Shown piece by piece: positions 11,699 to 22,009 of a stretch of DNA of 64,000 nt. The stretch comes from Nostoc sp. DedSLP01 (GTDB lineage: Bacteria; Cyanobacteriota; Cyanobacteriia; Cyanobacteriales; Nostocaceae): contig JAVRCJ020000007.1 in the NCBI GenBank assembly GCA_034530875.2, forward strand, positions 96,001 to 160,000. Reading direction: 5' to 3'. The number at the start of each line of letters is the position of its first letter. The first letter of the stretch is position 1. The notes below the pieces were generated by a model. That model made no database searches. It was not told where the DNA came from and was given only the letters and a program-made list of their open reading frames with translations. Both the position numbers and the translations under genes were made by a program.

Positions 11699-13048
11699 AT
11701 GGGACGTATTTTTATCTCGGCAGCTCACGGAGGGAAAGAAGCGGGAGGAATCGATCCGGGTGCGATCGCAGGTGGTACAACTGAAGCTAAAGAAATGATT
11801 CTGCTGCGGGATTTGATTGTCACGGAACTGAGGGCGCGGAATTTTGAAATTTTAGCGGTTCCTGATGATTTGAGTGCGGCTGAAACTATCACCTGGATCA
11901 ATTCTCGTGGGCGTCGGGGTGATGTGGCGGTTGAAATTCAAGCTGATGCAGCTGGCAGTCCTTCTGTACGTGGGGCTAGTGTTTTCTACATTGCTAACAA
12001 TACTGAGCGCAAAAGCAATGCCGAACAGTTGCTAGTGGCATTGTTGCGCCGCGTACCTCAATTACCAAATCGGGGAGTCAAGCCGGATACAGATAGTGGA
12101 TTGGGTAGTTTAGCATTCTGTCGCCGGACAACGCTGCCGGCTTTGTTAATGCAAGTGGCGTTTCTCAGCAGTCCAGAGGATCGGGCTTTGCTGCAAACTC
12201 GTCGGCGCGATTTTGCTTTGGGAATTGCTGATGGCTTGACAGTTTGGAGCCGGATAATTGACCCTACTGGAACTCCAACAGAACCGACTTATTCACCAAT
12301 TAATATTAACATTAACGGGCAAAATTATTCAGAGCAAGGAATTTTAGTTAATGGTAATGCTTACATTCCGATTGATTTAGTAGACCGTTTAAGAATTGAC
12401 TTGACAAAAGCACCGAATGTCAATCGAATTACTTATCGCCGAATAGTGTATGTTAAAGCGATCGAACTGCGGGATTTTAATGTTGCAGTCGGCTGGGATG
12501 CTGGAACTCGTACTGTTAGCTTGCGCTCGAATTTAATCGTTTGTACTGGTCAATTAGACCGGGTAATGTCTAATGGAAATACTTCGGAAGTCCAGTTACA
12601 AATATTCCTGAGAAATAATAATGAAAATGCTTTAACTAAGTTTCCCGATATCGCTAAACTGTATCGAGAAGAAGCAGCCGTAGAAGGGGTAAATTATGAT
12701 ATTGCCTTTTGCCAAATGTGTGTAGAAACTGGATTTTTACGGTTTGGTGGTGATATTACACCACAGCAAAATAACTTTGCAGGTTTAGGTGCGATCGGTG
12801 GCGGTTCGGAGGCTGCAACTTTTCCCAGTGCCAGAATTGGAGTGAGGGCGCACATCCAACATTTAAAAGCTTACGCTAGTTTGGAACCTTTGGTACAGGA
12901 AGTAGTAGACCCGAGATTTCGCTTTGTAACGCGGGGAATTGCACCATTAATCGAACAACTATCAGGGCGGTGGTCGGCAGATTCGGACTATGGTGCAAGA
13001 ATTTCTGCAATGGTGAAACGATTGTATGAGTCAGCAGGACTTTTTTAA
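11699..13048 (+). CDS. tftA: Amidase_3 plus glucosaminidase cell-wall protein, resembling hormogonium tapered-terminus protein TftA
   Basis: N-terminal IFISAAHGG..DPGA..TEA amidase fold; C-terminal QMCVETGF..QNNFAGLGA..FPSARIGVRAHIQHLKAYA glucosaminidase. The symbol is from recall of Nostoc homologues. Confidence 0.7.
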   Translation: MGRIFISAAHGGKEAGGIDPGAIAGGTTEAKEMILLRDLIVTELRARNFEILAVPDDLSAAETITWINSRGRRGDVAVEIQADAAGSPSVRGASVFYIANNTERKSNAEQLLVALLRRVPQLPNRGVKPDTDSGLGSLAFCRRTTLPALLMQVAFLSSPEDRALLQTRRRDFALGIADGLTVWSRIIDPTGTPTEPTYSPINININGQNYSEQGILVNGNAYIPIDLVDRLRIDLTKAPNVNRITYRRIVYVKAIELRDFNVAVGWDAGTRTVSLRSNLIVCTGQLDRVMSNGNTSEVQLQIFLRNNNENALTKFPDIAKLYREEAAVEGVNYDIAFCQMCVETGFLRFGGDITPQQNNFAGLGAIGGGSEAATFPSARIGVRAHIQHLKAYASLEPLVQEVVDPRFRFVTRGIAPLIEQLSGRWSADSDYGARISAMVKRLYESAGLF

Positions 13049-13104
13049 ATATTATTCCTAAGTATAAGCCAAGGCGATCGCTAATTATATAGACGATGCA
13101 AAGA

Positions 13105-13235
13105 GCGATCGCAGCTTCAACTTCACGAGTATATAATCTATGGTCGCCTTTTCCTTCTCTATGAAATGTACAACCTGCTTGTTCTAAAAGCTTAATTAAC
13201 TCCTTCGGTTTCAGGGAAGGTATATTTTTAGGCAT
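13105..13235 (-). pseudogene. hicA: Truncated HicA-family mRNA interferase toxin
   Basis: MPKNIPSLKPKELIKLLEQAGCTFHREGKGDHRLY is a HicA N-terminus. The similarity appears to stop at the HIP1 site 13105..13112. Confidence 0.65.
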
Positions 13236-13494
13236 AAACCTTCCTTAATTCATATATCTCTGAATCTTGTTCTTTCTCTTGAACATATAAAAATTCATGT
13301 AATTGCTCTATTGAAACAGGAGATTTATAAATATTAGTTTCAGACTGATAAACAATTTCAAAAGATTCAATCGCTTCTTTCAGCTTATCAATTGCATCTT
13401 CTCGAGTATTTCCCTGGCCGACAATACCATTTTCTAAACATAAAGCAACCCAATAGCCAGAACTTTGTCTGAGTACAACTGTATAAAAGTTCAT
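13228..13494 (-). CDS. hicB: HicB-family antitoxin
   Basis: YTVVLRQSSGYWVALCLENGIVGQGNTREDAIDKLKEAI. It overlaps the hicA start. Confidence 0.85.
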   Translation of the reverse strand: MNFYTVVLRQSSGYWVALCLENGIVGQGNTREDAIDKLKEAIESFEIVYQSETNIYKSPVSIEQLHEFLYVQEKEQDSEIYELRKVYA

Positions 13495-13698
13495 TTTTGT
13501 TACTTATTCATGTTATATAATTAGGAGAACATTGCTTACTTTATTCTATTTTATAGACTGGCAAAAAAGAGGCGATCGCTTCATTAAGTCCCGTTAATTG
13601 CTACTTCTTGAGTTATCCATTGTTCCCTTACATTCATTTCCACAAATATTACATAGCATTTGATATATTACAATAAATTTATTGTTATTTTAGAGAAA

Positions 13699-14757
13699 TT
13701 AATTAGGGATTTTCATATTATTATGAACTACAACTGAAGCAAATTCTATCCCCCGCTCAGTTTCCCAATAATGTAAATGATATTCATAATCTATATCTCT
13801 TCTCCAAGCTTTAGCTCCATCTTTTTTACGTTTTTTCTGAGGATTATTTGCACCTTTACCTGTTCTCAAAGAATGAGTACCACCCATATTTTGTTTTAAA
13901 ATTATTTCAGCACAAGTCCGAAGTAACATCTTGATTTTTATAGGTTCATCTAGAAAACCTAAATCTTTTAAGCTTTTTAAAAAACAACTTCCAAATAACC
14001 AATAAGTTAGTTCATGGATAGGTTTTGGATTTTGTAATTGCTTATTTGTTTGTGCAACAAAAATACTAATAGCTCTCTTATAAACTTCTTCACACTGATT
14101 AGCGTTAATCCAAATATCTGAGGCGTCAAAATAATCATGCAAACTGTTAGGATTGACAAAAGATTCTAAACAAATGCTAACATCATAAGGAATGTTGATA
14201 TAGCATAAATTATTACAAAATTCACAATCTACTATTTCACATTCTATTAAAATCTGTGTATTTTCTGCTTGAAGACGGCGGGTAACTATAATTTGATGTT
14301 TATTAGATAAATTTTCAATTTTACATAACAAGAATATTAAAACAGCTAATTCATAATAAATTTGTACAAAAATCTCATTTCTTCCATCAAGATAAAAGGC
14401 AGGCTGACACTGTATATTGTCGATTAATATTGCATTAATGTTAAGTCTGTCTTCAATAGAAGGAAGTTTTAAAAACTTTTCAATTAAAATTAATATATCA
14501 TGAGGGTGTATTACATCTTATAAATTTAAATTTATAATTAATTTTTCTAACTCATTTATTTCTGGATATCCATTAGTGACAGCTAATATTTCAGGAGCTT
14601 TTGCAGATAAATAAAATGTAGCTAAATTAGCTTCCTTTATTTTTTCTATTTCCTCACCCCATGAAACTAGGCTATGAATATAGTTTTCAAACTCATCAAT
14701 TCCCGAATTAGCTTGAGGATAAACAAGAAAATACGGGTCTACGTATAATTGATACAT
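13699..14757 (-). pseudogene. Approx. 352-codon hypothetical gene (putative effector partner of the ABC ATPase) interrupted by one in-frame TAA at 14518..14520
   Basis: ORFs 14518..14757 and 13699..14331 are in the same frame. The 62 codons between them read open (DVIHPHDILILIEKFLKLPSIEDRL...). Confidence 0.75.
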
Positions 14758-14782
14758 ATTTTACATTTTTATAGACAGTTTT

Positions 14783-16696
14783 TTATTGTTTAGTTGACTC
14801 TTTTTTTCTTTTTTCCATAGCAGCTTTTATAATAGCTCTTGCATTTTCTTCATTTTCATCAAAGAAACCTTTTGGCCAGTCTTCAAGTACACCAAATTTA
14901 TTAACTTTTACAGATCTATACTTAGACTCACCGCTCTGCTTTTCTACAAAATACATAAGTACATTTTTAGATATTTCTTCGCCTTCTGAAGCAGCAGCCT
15001 GATAGCGAAGTCTATTTATTAAATATTCACTATGCGTTTCTACAATACATTGCTTTTTTAGCATTGTCATTGATATAAAAAAGTCTGCTAAACGTGTTTG
15101 AACACGAGGATGCAAATGTAATTCTGGTTGCTCAAAAATCAACGTAGAACCTTTTTCTGCTAACAAAGATTGTACTAAAATTGGTAAAACTTGACTAACA
15201 CCTACTCCAACATGAGTAAGGTCATGCAATAATAAAGAACCTGTAGTAGCAACTTTGAGTTCATGACCTAGCTTACCTTTATCGAATGTCTGGACATCAC
15301 TAGCTACTCCCATGTAATTTAACCAATCTAGTACTGCTATTGGTAAAAAATCAACCTTAGTGATAGTTTCACTGCTACCAAATTTTAGGTTACTACTAGG
15401 TATATACTCTACCTTTGTATTTCGATTAACATCCAAGACAGCAGCTGTATGTTCACCTCTAAAACCTATATCTTTAGAGTCAGTTGTACCAGCAAGAGAG
15501 TAAACTGGTTTTGGCTCATCTCGTAATGGGCCTAAATATTTTACAAAACGAGTAAAAAATCCCTGAATATAATCAACTGCAAGTTCTGAAATGTCTGGAA
15601 GAGGAAGGTATGAAACTCTATTTTCTACAGGCCGATTAGCTCTGACAGCATTGAGAATCTCATCATATTTTTCAGCTAGCTTTTGAGCTAATATTCTTTT
15701 TTTAGTAGGAGGTAATTTATAGCAGTTTGATAAGTTTTGAATAGTAAAGTCATTTTCTAGATTTAAAATATTATTAATAAAGGCTTTGCTACTAGAAGTT
15801 TCTAACTTATAAATATATTCGGACGCTTCTTTAAGTGTATTTAAAATGAGAAGTTTAACCTTTTCATTTAATAAACTATTTATCTCATCTATGCTGATGC
15901 CTCTTATTCTATAAAATAATATCTCTTGGTCTTCTTGAATAGTTAGAAAATCAACTAGCTGTCTTGATTGTTCTTCAACAGAATCGAAAATAATAGAAAA
16001 TTTTCCAGGTAAGAAGTGATTAAGTAATGCCCCAACTGGTTGCTGGATTGCTTGAAAACGATAATAACGGCGATATCTTGCTTTAGTCAAAAAATTTAGT
16101 TTATTAACTTCATATTCTAAAGATGCAACCTCTATTTTGTGAAGACTTTTTTGTGATAATTCATATTCTTCTAGACGTTGTTTTATACTTTTTTTACTTC
16201 TGCGAATATAAACTTCTTCTTCTTTAGGTGAGCCTACCAATTTAAAATTTACTTTAAGTTTAGACTCTTCCAAGCGAGGTTGCAGTTGTATTATTTCTCT
16301 CTCTTTTTGAGAGCCAGTTGCTGAAAAGCTAAAAGAGCAATCTATAGATGTTAAAGCTTCAACTCTACGAGTAATATCATAACGCATAGATGTTGTCATA
16401 GAACTCTCACGCTCATCTACACTTGGAGTTAGCTCAAACCCTATGAAAATATTTTTGGATTCATCATTGTTTGAGACAATATCATTAAATGCTCCAATTC
16501 TTAAAATATGCCCATTTAATATGACAGACCTAGATGAAACAGGATTTTGTAAAGTTTGAGTAGTTAACAGAAGGCTTTGAATAATAGTGCTTTTTCCCGA
16601 ACTATTTGCTCCAGCAAATATAGTTAGTGGAGCCATATCAAGTGTGGTTTTAGCACAGACTGATTTAAAGTATTGAAGAGTCCATTTAGTTAGCAT
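14783..16696 (-). CDS. ABC-type (AAA_15/AAA_21) ATPase with C-terminal DUF3696-like motif
   Basis: Walker A GANSSGKS, signature VGVGVSQ, Walker B/D-loop LIFEQPELHLHP, H-loop VETHS, tail VNKFGVLEDWPKGFFD. Confidence 0.85.
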   Translation of the reverse strand: MLTKWTLQYFKSVCAKTTLDMAPLTIFAGANSSGKSTIIQSLLLTTQTLQNPVSSRSVILNGHILRIGAFNDIVSNNDESKNIFIGFELTPSVDERESSMTTSMRYDITRRVEALTSIDCSFSFSATGSQKEREIIQLQPRLEESKLKVNFKLVGSPKEEEVYIRRSKKSIKQRLEEYELSQKSLHKIEVASLEYEVNKLNFLTKARYRRYYRFQAIQQPVGALLNHFLPGKFSIIFDSVEEQSRQLVDFLTIQEDQEILFYRIRGISIDEINSLLNEKVKLLILNTLKEASEYIYKLETSSSKAFINNILNLENDFTIQNLSNCYKLPPTKKRILAQKLAEKYDEILNAVRANRPVENRVSYLPLPDISELAVDYIQGFFTRFVKYLGPLRDEPKPVYSLAGTTDSKDIGFRGEHTAAVLDVNRNTKVEYIPSSNLKFGSSETITKVDFLPIAVLDWLNYMGVASDVQTFDKGKLGHELKVATTGSLLLHDLTHVGVGVSQVLPILVQSLLAEKGSTLIFEQPELHLHPRVQTRLADFFISMTMLKKQCIVETHSEYLINRLRYQAAASEGEEISKNVLMYFVEKQSGESKYRSVKVNKFGVLEDWPKGFFDENEENARAIIKAAMEKRKKESTKQ

Positions 16697-16875
16697 AAGT
16701 ATTTTTACGATAAAATAAAATAGAAATATTATTAGAATTTTAAGTATAAAACTTAGTAATTAACTACCATAGTATAAAAGATAAGTATTATTATTGAATG
16801 AATCATGAATTTTTAATAATCAATCTTAATAAAACATTATTTTATTTCCTTGGCAAGGTCATACCATCTAGTATG

Positions 16876-16894
16876 AGGTGGGCGATGCCCACCT
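16876..16894 (-). terminator. Hairpin downstream of acnB
   Basis: AGGTGGGC-gat-GCCCACCT lies just after the acnB stop. Confidence 0.55.
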
Positions 16895-16905
16895 TATTTT
16901 AATTA

Positions 16906-19569
16906 CTAGCGTAAAGAAGTAGCTGGCATACCCAAAATATCCTCGATTTTAGGCATATCTTCCAACGCAACCACTCTTCCTTCATCCTCAAAACCGGCAA
17001 TTTGATCGAAGTTCAAATAGCGATACAAATCATTAGCAAAAGGATCGATTTTCTTCGCCACAATATCCAAATATTCCTGCACTGTGGGAATGCGTCCAAG
17101 CAGCGCGCAAACTGCGGCTAATTCTGCCGAACCAAGATACACTCTTGCATCTTTGCCCATGCGGTTATTGAAGTTGCGAGTAGAGGTGGAAAACACTGTT
17201 GTACCATCAGCAACTCGCGCCTGATTTCCCATGCACAAACTGCATCCTGGCATTTCTGTTCTCGCACCCGCAGCGCCAAAAATGGCGTACACTCCTTCTT
17301 CTTTTAATTGGTGTTCGTCCATGCGGGTTGGTGGTGCTATCCACAGGCGAGTTTTTACTTCACCAGCACCTTCTAAAACTTTCGCCATTGCGCGATAATG
17401 ACCGATATTTGTCATACACGAACCCAGGAATACTTCTTGCACTGGGTCATTAGCAACTTCCGATAATAATTTAACATTATCAGGGTCATTAGGAGCAGCA
17501 ACAATTGGTTCTTTGATTTCGTTCAAATCAATTTCAATTATTTCGGCATACTCGGCATCGGCGTCGGCTTCTAATAACACGGGATTTGCTAACCATTCTT
17601 CCATTTTGGCAATGCGGCGGAGGATGGTACGGGCATCGTGATAGCCCCGTGCTATCATGTTTTTCAAAAGTGCGACGTTAGAACGCAGATATTCAGAAAT
17701 TGTTTCTACACTCAGCTTAATGGTAGAACCGGCACAAGAACGTTCGGCTGTGGCGTCGGCGAGTTCAAAGGCTTGTTCGACTTTCAAATCTGGCAAACCT
17801 TCAATTTCTAAAATTCGCCCGGAGAAGACATTTTTCTTGTTTTGCTTTTCTACTGTCAGCAAACCTTTTTGAATTGCTACGTAGGGAATGGCATTCACAA
17901 TATCCCGCAAGGTGACACCAGGTTGCAATTCACCTTTGAATCTTACCAAAACTGACTCTGGCATATCCAAAGGCATGACGCCCAACGCCGCAGCAAAGGC
18001 TACTAAGCCAGAACCGGCGGGGAAGGAAATTCCTAAGGGGAAGCGGGTGTGGGAGTCGCCGCCAGTTCCTACGGTGTCGGGTAGCAGCATCCGGTTTAAC
18101 CAAGAGTGGATGATACCATCGCCGGGACGCAAGGCGACACCGCCACGTTGGGCAAAGAAGTCGGGGAGGTCGTGGTGGGTTTTAATGTCTACTGGTTTGG
18201 GATAAGCTACTGTGTGACAGAAACTCTGCATTACTAAGTCTGCACTGAAACCCAAACAGGCGAGTTCTTTTAATTCGTCGCGGGTCATGGGGCCTGTGGT
18301 ATCCTGGGAACCAACGGTGGTCATGATGGGTTCGCAAGATGTACCGGGACGGACGCCAGGTAAGCCGCAAGCTTTACCAACCATTTTTTGGGCTAAGGTG
18401 TAGCCTTTGCCTGTGTCGTTGGGTTGTTGGGGACGGATAAAGACGGTGCTGGGTTCTAAACCGAGGGCTTGGCGTGTTTTATCTGTGAGGGTACGCCCGA
18501 TGAGTAGGGGGATGCGTCCACCTGCACGGACTTCATCAAGGATCGTATCTGGTTTGAGGGTGAAGGTGGAAATGACTTCGCCTGCTTCGTTGGTAATTGC
18601 ACCTTTGTAGGGGTGGATGGTAATTACCATACCAGTTTCTAGTTTGGTGACATCGCACTGGATAGGCAAAGCACCGGCATCTTCAGCTGTGTTAAAGAAG
18701 ATAGGCGCGATCGCACCACCTAAAATATATCCCCCAGCGCGTTTGTTTGGCACATAAGGTATATTATTTCCCAAATGCCACAACACTGAATTTATAGCAG
18801 ACTTCCGCGAGGAACCCGTACCAACTACATCGCCCACGTAAGCTACAGGATGTCCTTTCTTTTTCAGTTCGGCAATGGTTTGTAAACTTCCCGGTTGCCG
18901 TGACTCTAACATCACTAGGGCGTGTAAGGGAATATCCGGGCGAGTTGTGGCGCTTTGGGCGGGGGATAAGTCATCGGTGTTGGTTTCGCCAGGAACTTTA
19001 AAAACTGTAACGGTAATGGCTTCTGGTACAGTCGGGCGGGCGGTAAACCACTCAGCTTCAGCCCAAGAGTCAACTACTAGTTTGGCAAAAGGATTGGTTT
19101 TCGATAACTCCAAAACATCATGGAATGCATCGTACACCAACAAAATTTTGCTTAAGGCATTGGCGGCGTAGGCGGCGATGGGTTCCTTTCCTTGCCCTCC
19201 CATTACCAGAGGTGTTTCGGAAGAATCAGAAACAGACACGGTGGGGAATTGCAGCAAATCAATTAAAGCTTGCACGTTATAGCCACCCACCATTGTACCC
19301 AGCAATTGCACCGCTTCTATGCGGGAAATTAACGGACTGGTGATTTCTTTCTTGGCAATAGCTGTGAGAAATCCAGCTTTTACATAGGCAGCGGCATCAA
19401 CACCCGGGGGGACGCGATCGCTCAATAAATGCAATAATGTATCTTCTTCACCCTTGGGCGGATTCTTCAGTAATTCACATAATTCTGAGGTTTGCTTCGC
19501 ATCCAACGGTAAAGGGGGGATTCCTAATGCTGCCCTTTCTACAACGTGTTGACGGTATTGTTCTAGCAT
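16906..19569 (-). CDS. acnB: Aconitate hydratase B
   Basis: [70 protein letters not shown]. Confidence 0.98.
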   Translation of the reverse strand: MLEQYRQHVVERAALGIPPLPLDAKQTSELCELLKNPPKGEEDTLLHLLSDRVPPGVDAAAYVKAGFLTAIAKKEITSPLISRIEAVQLLGTMVGGYNVQALIDLLQFPTVSVSDSSETPLVMGGQGKEPIAAYAANALSKILLVYDAFHDVLELSKTNPFAKLVVDSWAEAEWFTARPTVPEAITVTVFKVPGETNTDDLSPAQSATTRPDIPLHALVMLESRQPGSLQTIAELKKKGHPVAYVGDVVGTGSSRKSAINSVLWHLGNNIPYVPNKRAGGYILGGAIAPIFFNTAEDAGALPIQCDVTKLETGMVITIHPYKGAITNEAGEVISTFTLKPDTILDEVRAGGRIPLLIGRTLTDKTRQALGLEPSTVFIRPQQPNDTGKGYTLAQKMVGKACGLPGVRPGTSCEPIMTTVGSQDTTGPMTRDELKELACLGFSADLVMQSFCHTVAYPKPVDIKTHHDLPDFFAQRGGVALRPGDGIIHSWLNRMLLPDTVGTGGDSHTRFPLGISFPAGSGLVAFAAALGVMPLDMPESVLVRFKGELQPGVTLRDIVNAIPYVAIQKGLLTVEKQNKKNVFSGRILEIEGLPDLKVEQAFELADATAERSCAGSTIKLSVETISEYLRSNVALLKNMIARGYHDARTILRRIAKMEEWLANPVLLEADADAEYAEIIEIDLNEIKEPIVAAPNDPDNVKLLSEVANDPVQEVFLGSCMTNIGHYRAMAKVLEGAGEVKTRLWIAPPTRMDEHQLKEEGVYAIFGAAGARTEMPGCSLCMGNQARVADGTTVFSTSTRNFNNRMGKDARVYLGSAELAAVCALLGRIPTVQEYLDIVAKKIDPFANDLYRYLNFDQIAGFEDEGRVVALEDMPKIEDILGMPATSLR

Positions 19570-19833
19570 TTTTGTATTCTCCGTTGGCATGTTCTACTCT
19601 TAATTATGAAATATTTTTAGGCAAGGCTTGGCTATAAAAGTTTACCTTATTTTATAGTTCAAAACCTTAATAGTAATAGCTTATTAAAAATTTTGTTTTA
19701 TACTTAAAGTATGGTTTAGAGTATCAATTCAAACTGAAGATATTCTAATTACTGGAAATGCTATTATTCAGAAATTAATTGTTATTTTTTATAAAAGCAA
19801 TTTGTTATTTTTTCATATTTACAATTAAAATTT

Positions 19834-19866
19834 GCTGTTGACTGCCCACTTTTAACAGTCAACAGC
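19834..19866 (-). terminator. Hairpin downstream of the DUF4351 gene
   Basis: GCTGTTGACTG...CAGTCAACAGC forms an 11-bp inverted repeat. Confidence 0.5.
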
Positions 19867-19888
19867 CTGGATGTAAGATTTTGCTTTC

Positions 19889-20830
19889 TCATTGAAGGCT
19901 GGTATATTCTTGGTTTAACCAAGCTTCTAAATCAGCAATACTAGAAAAATCTAATAACGCCTCTCCTAAGTTTTCTAATTGTTCAATCGATAATCCTGTA
20001 ATTTGCTCGATTAATAACGTGTCAATTTCACCAACACGGCGATTGAGTAAACGCAGTATTAAATCTCTTTCTCCTTCTTGTCTTCCCTCTTGTCTTCCTT
20101 CTTGTCTTCCCTCTTGTCTTCCTTCTTCTTTGGCTTGTTCTTTGTTTCTTTGATAAAGTGGTTCTAGTCGCATAATTAACTCCCTATCGTCTGCTTCTAA
20201 TTCTTGATTTACTCTTAAATTTTCACGCAAATTGTAAACTAATTCCAGGGTTACTTTTTGATATGGATGATTTAATGGTAAAGCCTGCAACTCAAGAATA
20301 GCTTGTGACTGCACGCTTCCTCTACCCAAAAGCCTCAACCATAAAGTCTGTGGTGTTGGCGGTAGTTGATGTATTGCCACAATTGCTGTCCGTAAAGCAT
20401 CTGGCAAAAAATGTACTCCTGGTAACCAACCTGCTTGTTGCATAGTTCCAAAGCTAGACAACCTAGTTTCAGATACGGTAGGTGTCAGAATCCACAATTT
20501 AGGAATTTCTGAGTCCTGAAGTTTGGTTTTATTGGTTTTAGCTTCTCGTCGTAAGAGAGCCTTTACTTCTAATAATTTTAGAATACAGTCGCATATCTCA
20601 TCGGTAGAAGCTGGATTTCGGAAGGGTTCTATGAGTGCAGGATATTCCGCAAATCTTCCTAGCAAACCTAGTATTTCTATATTAGAGCTTTGCTGTTTAG
20701 CAGGAGTGAATAAAACATCTATTTCTTTAATCTCTCCTGAAACTTTTTCTGATGCTTTGACTTCTCCGTAATCTTTTAATAATTCTTCTAGATAGTCTTT
20801 GGCAAATTTATCGTGTATAAAACGGGTCAT
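19889..20830 (-). CDS. Rpn-like PD-(D/E)xK protein with C-terminal DUF4351
   Basis: HDKFAKDYL..EIDVLF, EGRQ tandem repeats, LSIEQLENLGEALLDFSSIADLEAWL tail. Confidence 0.85.
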   Translation of the reverse strand: MTRFIHDKFAKDYLEELLKDYGEVKASEKVSGEIKEIDVLFTPAKQQSSNIEILGLLGRFAEYPALIEPFRNPASTDEICDCILKLLEVKALLRREAKTNKTKLQDSEIPKLWILTPTVSETRLSSFGTMQQAGWLPGVHFLPDALRTAIVAIHQLPPTPQTLWLRLLGRGSVQSQAILELQALPLNHPYQKVTLELVYNLRENLRVNQELEADDRELIMRLEPLYQRNKEQAKEEGRQEGRQEGRQEGRQEGERDLILRLLNRRVGEIDTLLIEQITGLSIEQLENLGEALLDFSSIADLEAWLNQEYTSLQ

Positions 20831-20978
20831 TCAATTTTAAAATTGCGGAATTTCTAGGTTAATACCAAGTTTTATTATATAGTCATTTGTAAAAAAAATA
20901 TCCCCGATTTTTTAAATAAAGCGGGGAGTTAAAGTCTGTAAATCTTCCAAAACTTCCTAAAAGTATCGCGGAACTTTA

Positions 20979-21374
20979 CTAGGTAGTTATTGCCTTTTCA
21001 TCTGATATTTTATTTGTCTTAGATTTTAACCGTGTTAATCTGCTTTTACGAACGCGATCGCTATCTCGAACCCCACCGGCGAGTTCATATTCATTGCTAT
21101 TTTTGCCGTACTTGAAACCAACTCCCGCCAGCATTTTGTCTGAAACATGACTTAAGATTTTTTCCATTTCATCCAGCTTTTTTTTAGAAGAGTCAATCAT
21201 AGCTATATCAGCGTTATATTCATCAAGCATCTTGTGAAACTGCTCTATTAATTGAGTCAAGTTTTGTAAATTGTAAGTTTCATCAAAATTGATATTTGGA
21301 TCGATCGCTTTCAGTCCAGCAACTCTAAATTCAGCTTTTTTTAGAACCAGGGAAGTACGTTTTTGTCGAGACAT
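20979..21374 (-). CDS. Conserved cyanobacterial hypothetical protein (131 aa)
   Basis: MSRQKRTS..KAE.R.AGLKAIDP...GVGFKYGKNSNEYELAGGVR.SDR family pattern. Confidence 0.75.
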   Translation of the reverse strand: MSRQKRTSLVLKKAEFRVAGLKAIDPNINFDETYNLQNLTQLIEQFHKMLDEYNADIAMIDSSKKKLDEMEKILSHVSDKMLAGVGFKYGKNSNEYELAGGVRDSDRVRKSRLTRLKSKTNKISDEKAITT

Positions 21375-21615
21375 AATTTTATACCTTTAAAAAGGTATCA
21401 AAGCTATTTTGTCTTAATTGACATGTATTCTGGTTCAGCAAAAAACGCATTTTTATTAACAAAAAAATTTATTTATACCCGTAATTTCTCTGAATCCGAG
21501 CGCGAAAGGTTGATTTTCAGAGAAATAATATTATGTTTAAATTCTACCAAAATTACAATGAATGTTGTTGCAAAAGCGTAGGCATAGCCCGTCGTAGATA
21601 TCGCACTTTTACTTT

Positions 21616-21737
21616 TATAGCGGTTTTCGTATCTTGCGGTAAGCCGCTACGCCTCTATGGATGCAATACACAATAGGGTACAGTATTGCTGTACCCCTAC
21701 AAATGGTTTGTATTCTATGCAATTGAGAACTGGTATA
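21616..21737. mobile_element. MITE/REP-like Nostoc element with terminal inverted repeats
   Basis: Ends TATAGCGGTT ... AACTGGTATA enclose an internal palindrome AGGGTACAGTATTGCTGTACCCCT. Confidence 0.55.
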
Positions 21738-21755
21738 GTCAACAACGATCGCTTG

Positions 21756-21827
21756 AATCTTAAGCCTTAATGTCGTAATCTTAAGCCTTAATGTCGTAAC
21801 TTTAAGCCTTAATGTCGTAATCTTAAG
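21756..21827. repeat. 21-bp tandem repeat, about 3.4 copies
   Basis: Unit AATCTTAAGCCTTAATGTCGT at 21756, 21777 and 21798 (variant), with a partial copy at 21819. Confidence 0.9.
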
Positions 21828-22009
21828 AGTCAAAGTTATGATATTAATGATTAAAGTTTGCTAGTGAGTGCAATCATCGCTACATAGTGTATATTGTTGA
21901 TTTACAGCGATCGCAGAGTTGGAAAAATTTTTAATAAAACTGAAAAGCTTATTCTATAAGCCTTTTGACTTCGCTGCCTCGGAGCAAATCATAATTAATC
22001 AGCAAGATT

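Noticed and set aside
12876..13104. C-terminal half of the 119-aa HicA ORF
   Set aside because: It is read-through past the HIP1 breakpoint and runs antisense into tftA; it is not HicA-like.
17199..19637. Several plus-strand ORFs over acnB (and similar shadow ORFs over nifN, nifH, glgX, cobO, dusB and the pentapeptide gene)
   Set aside because: They are antisense shadows of well-conserved genes with no recognisable motifs.
21756..21827. Possible CRISPR array
   Set aside because: The repeats are directly tandem with no unique spacers, and there are no cas genes in the window.
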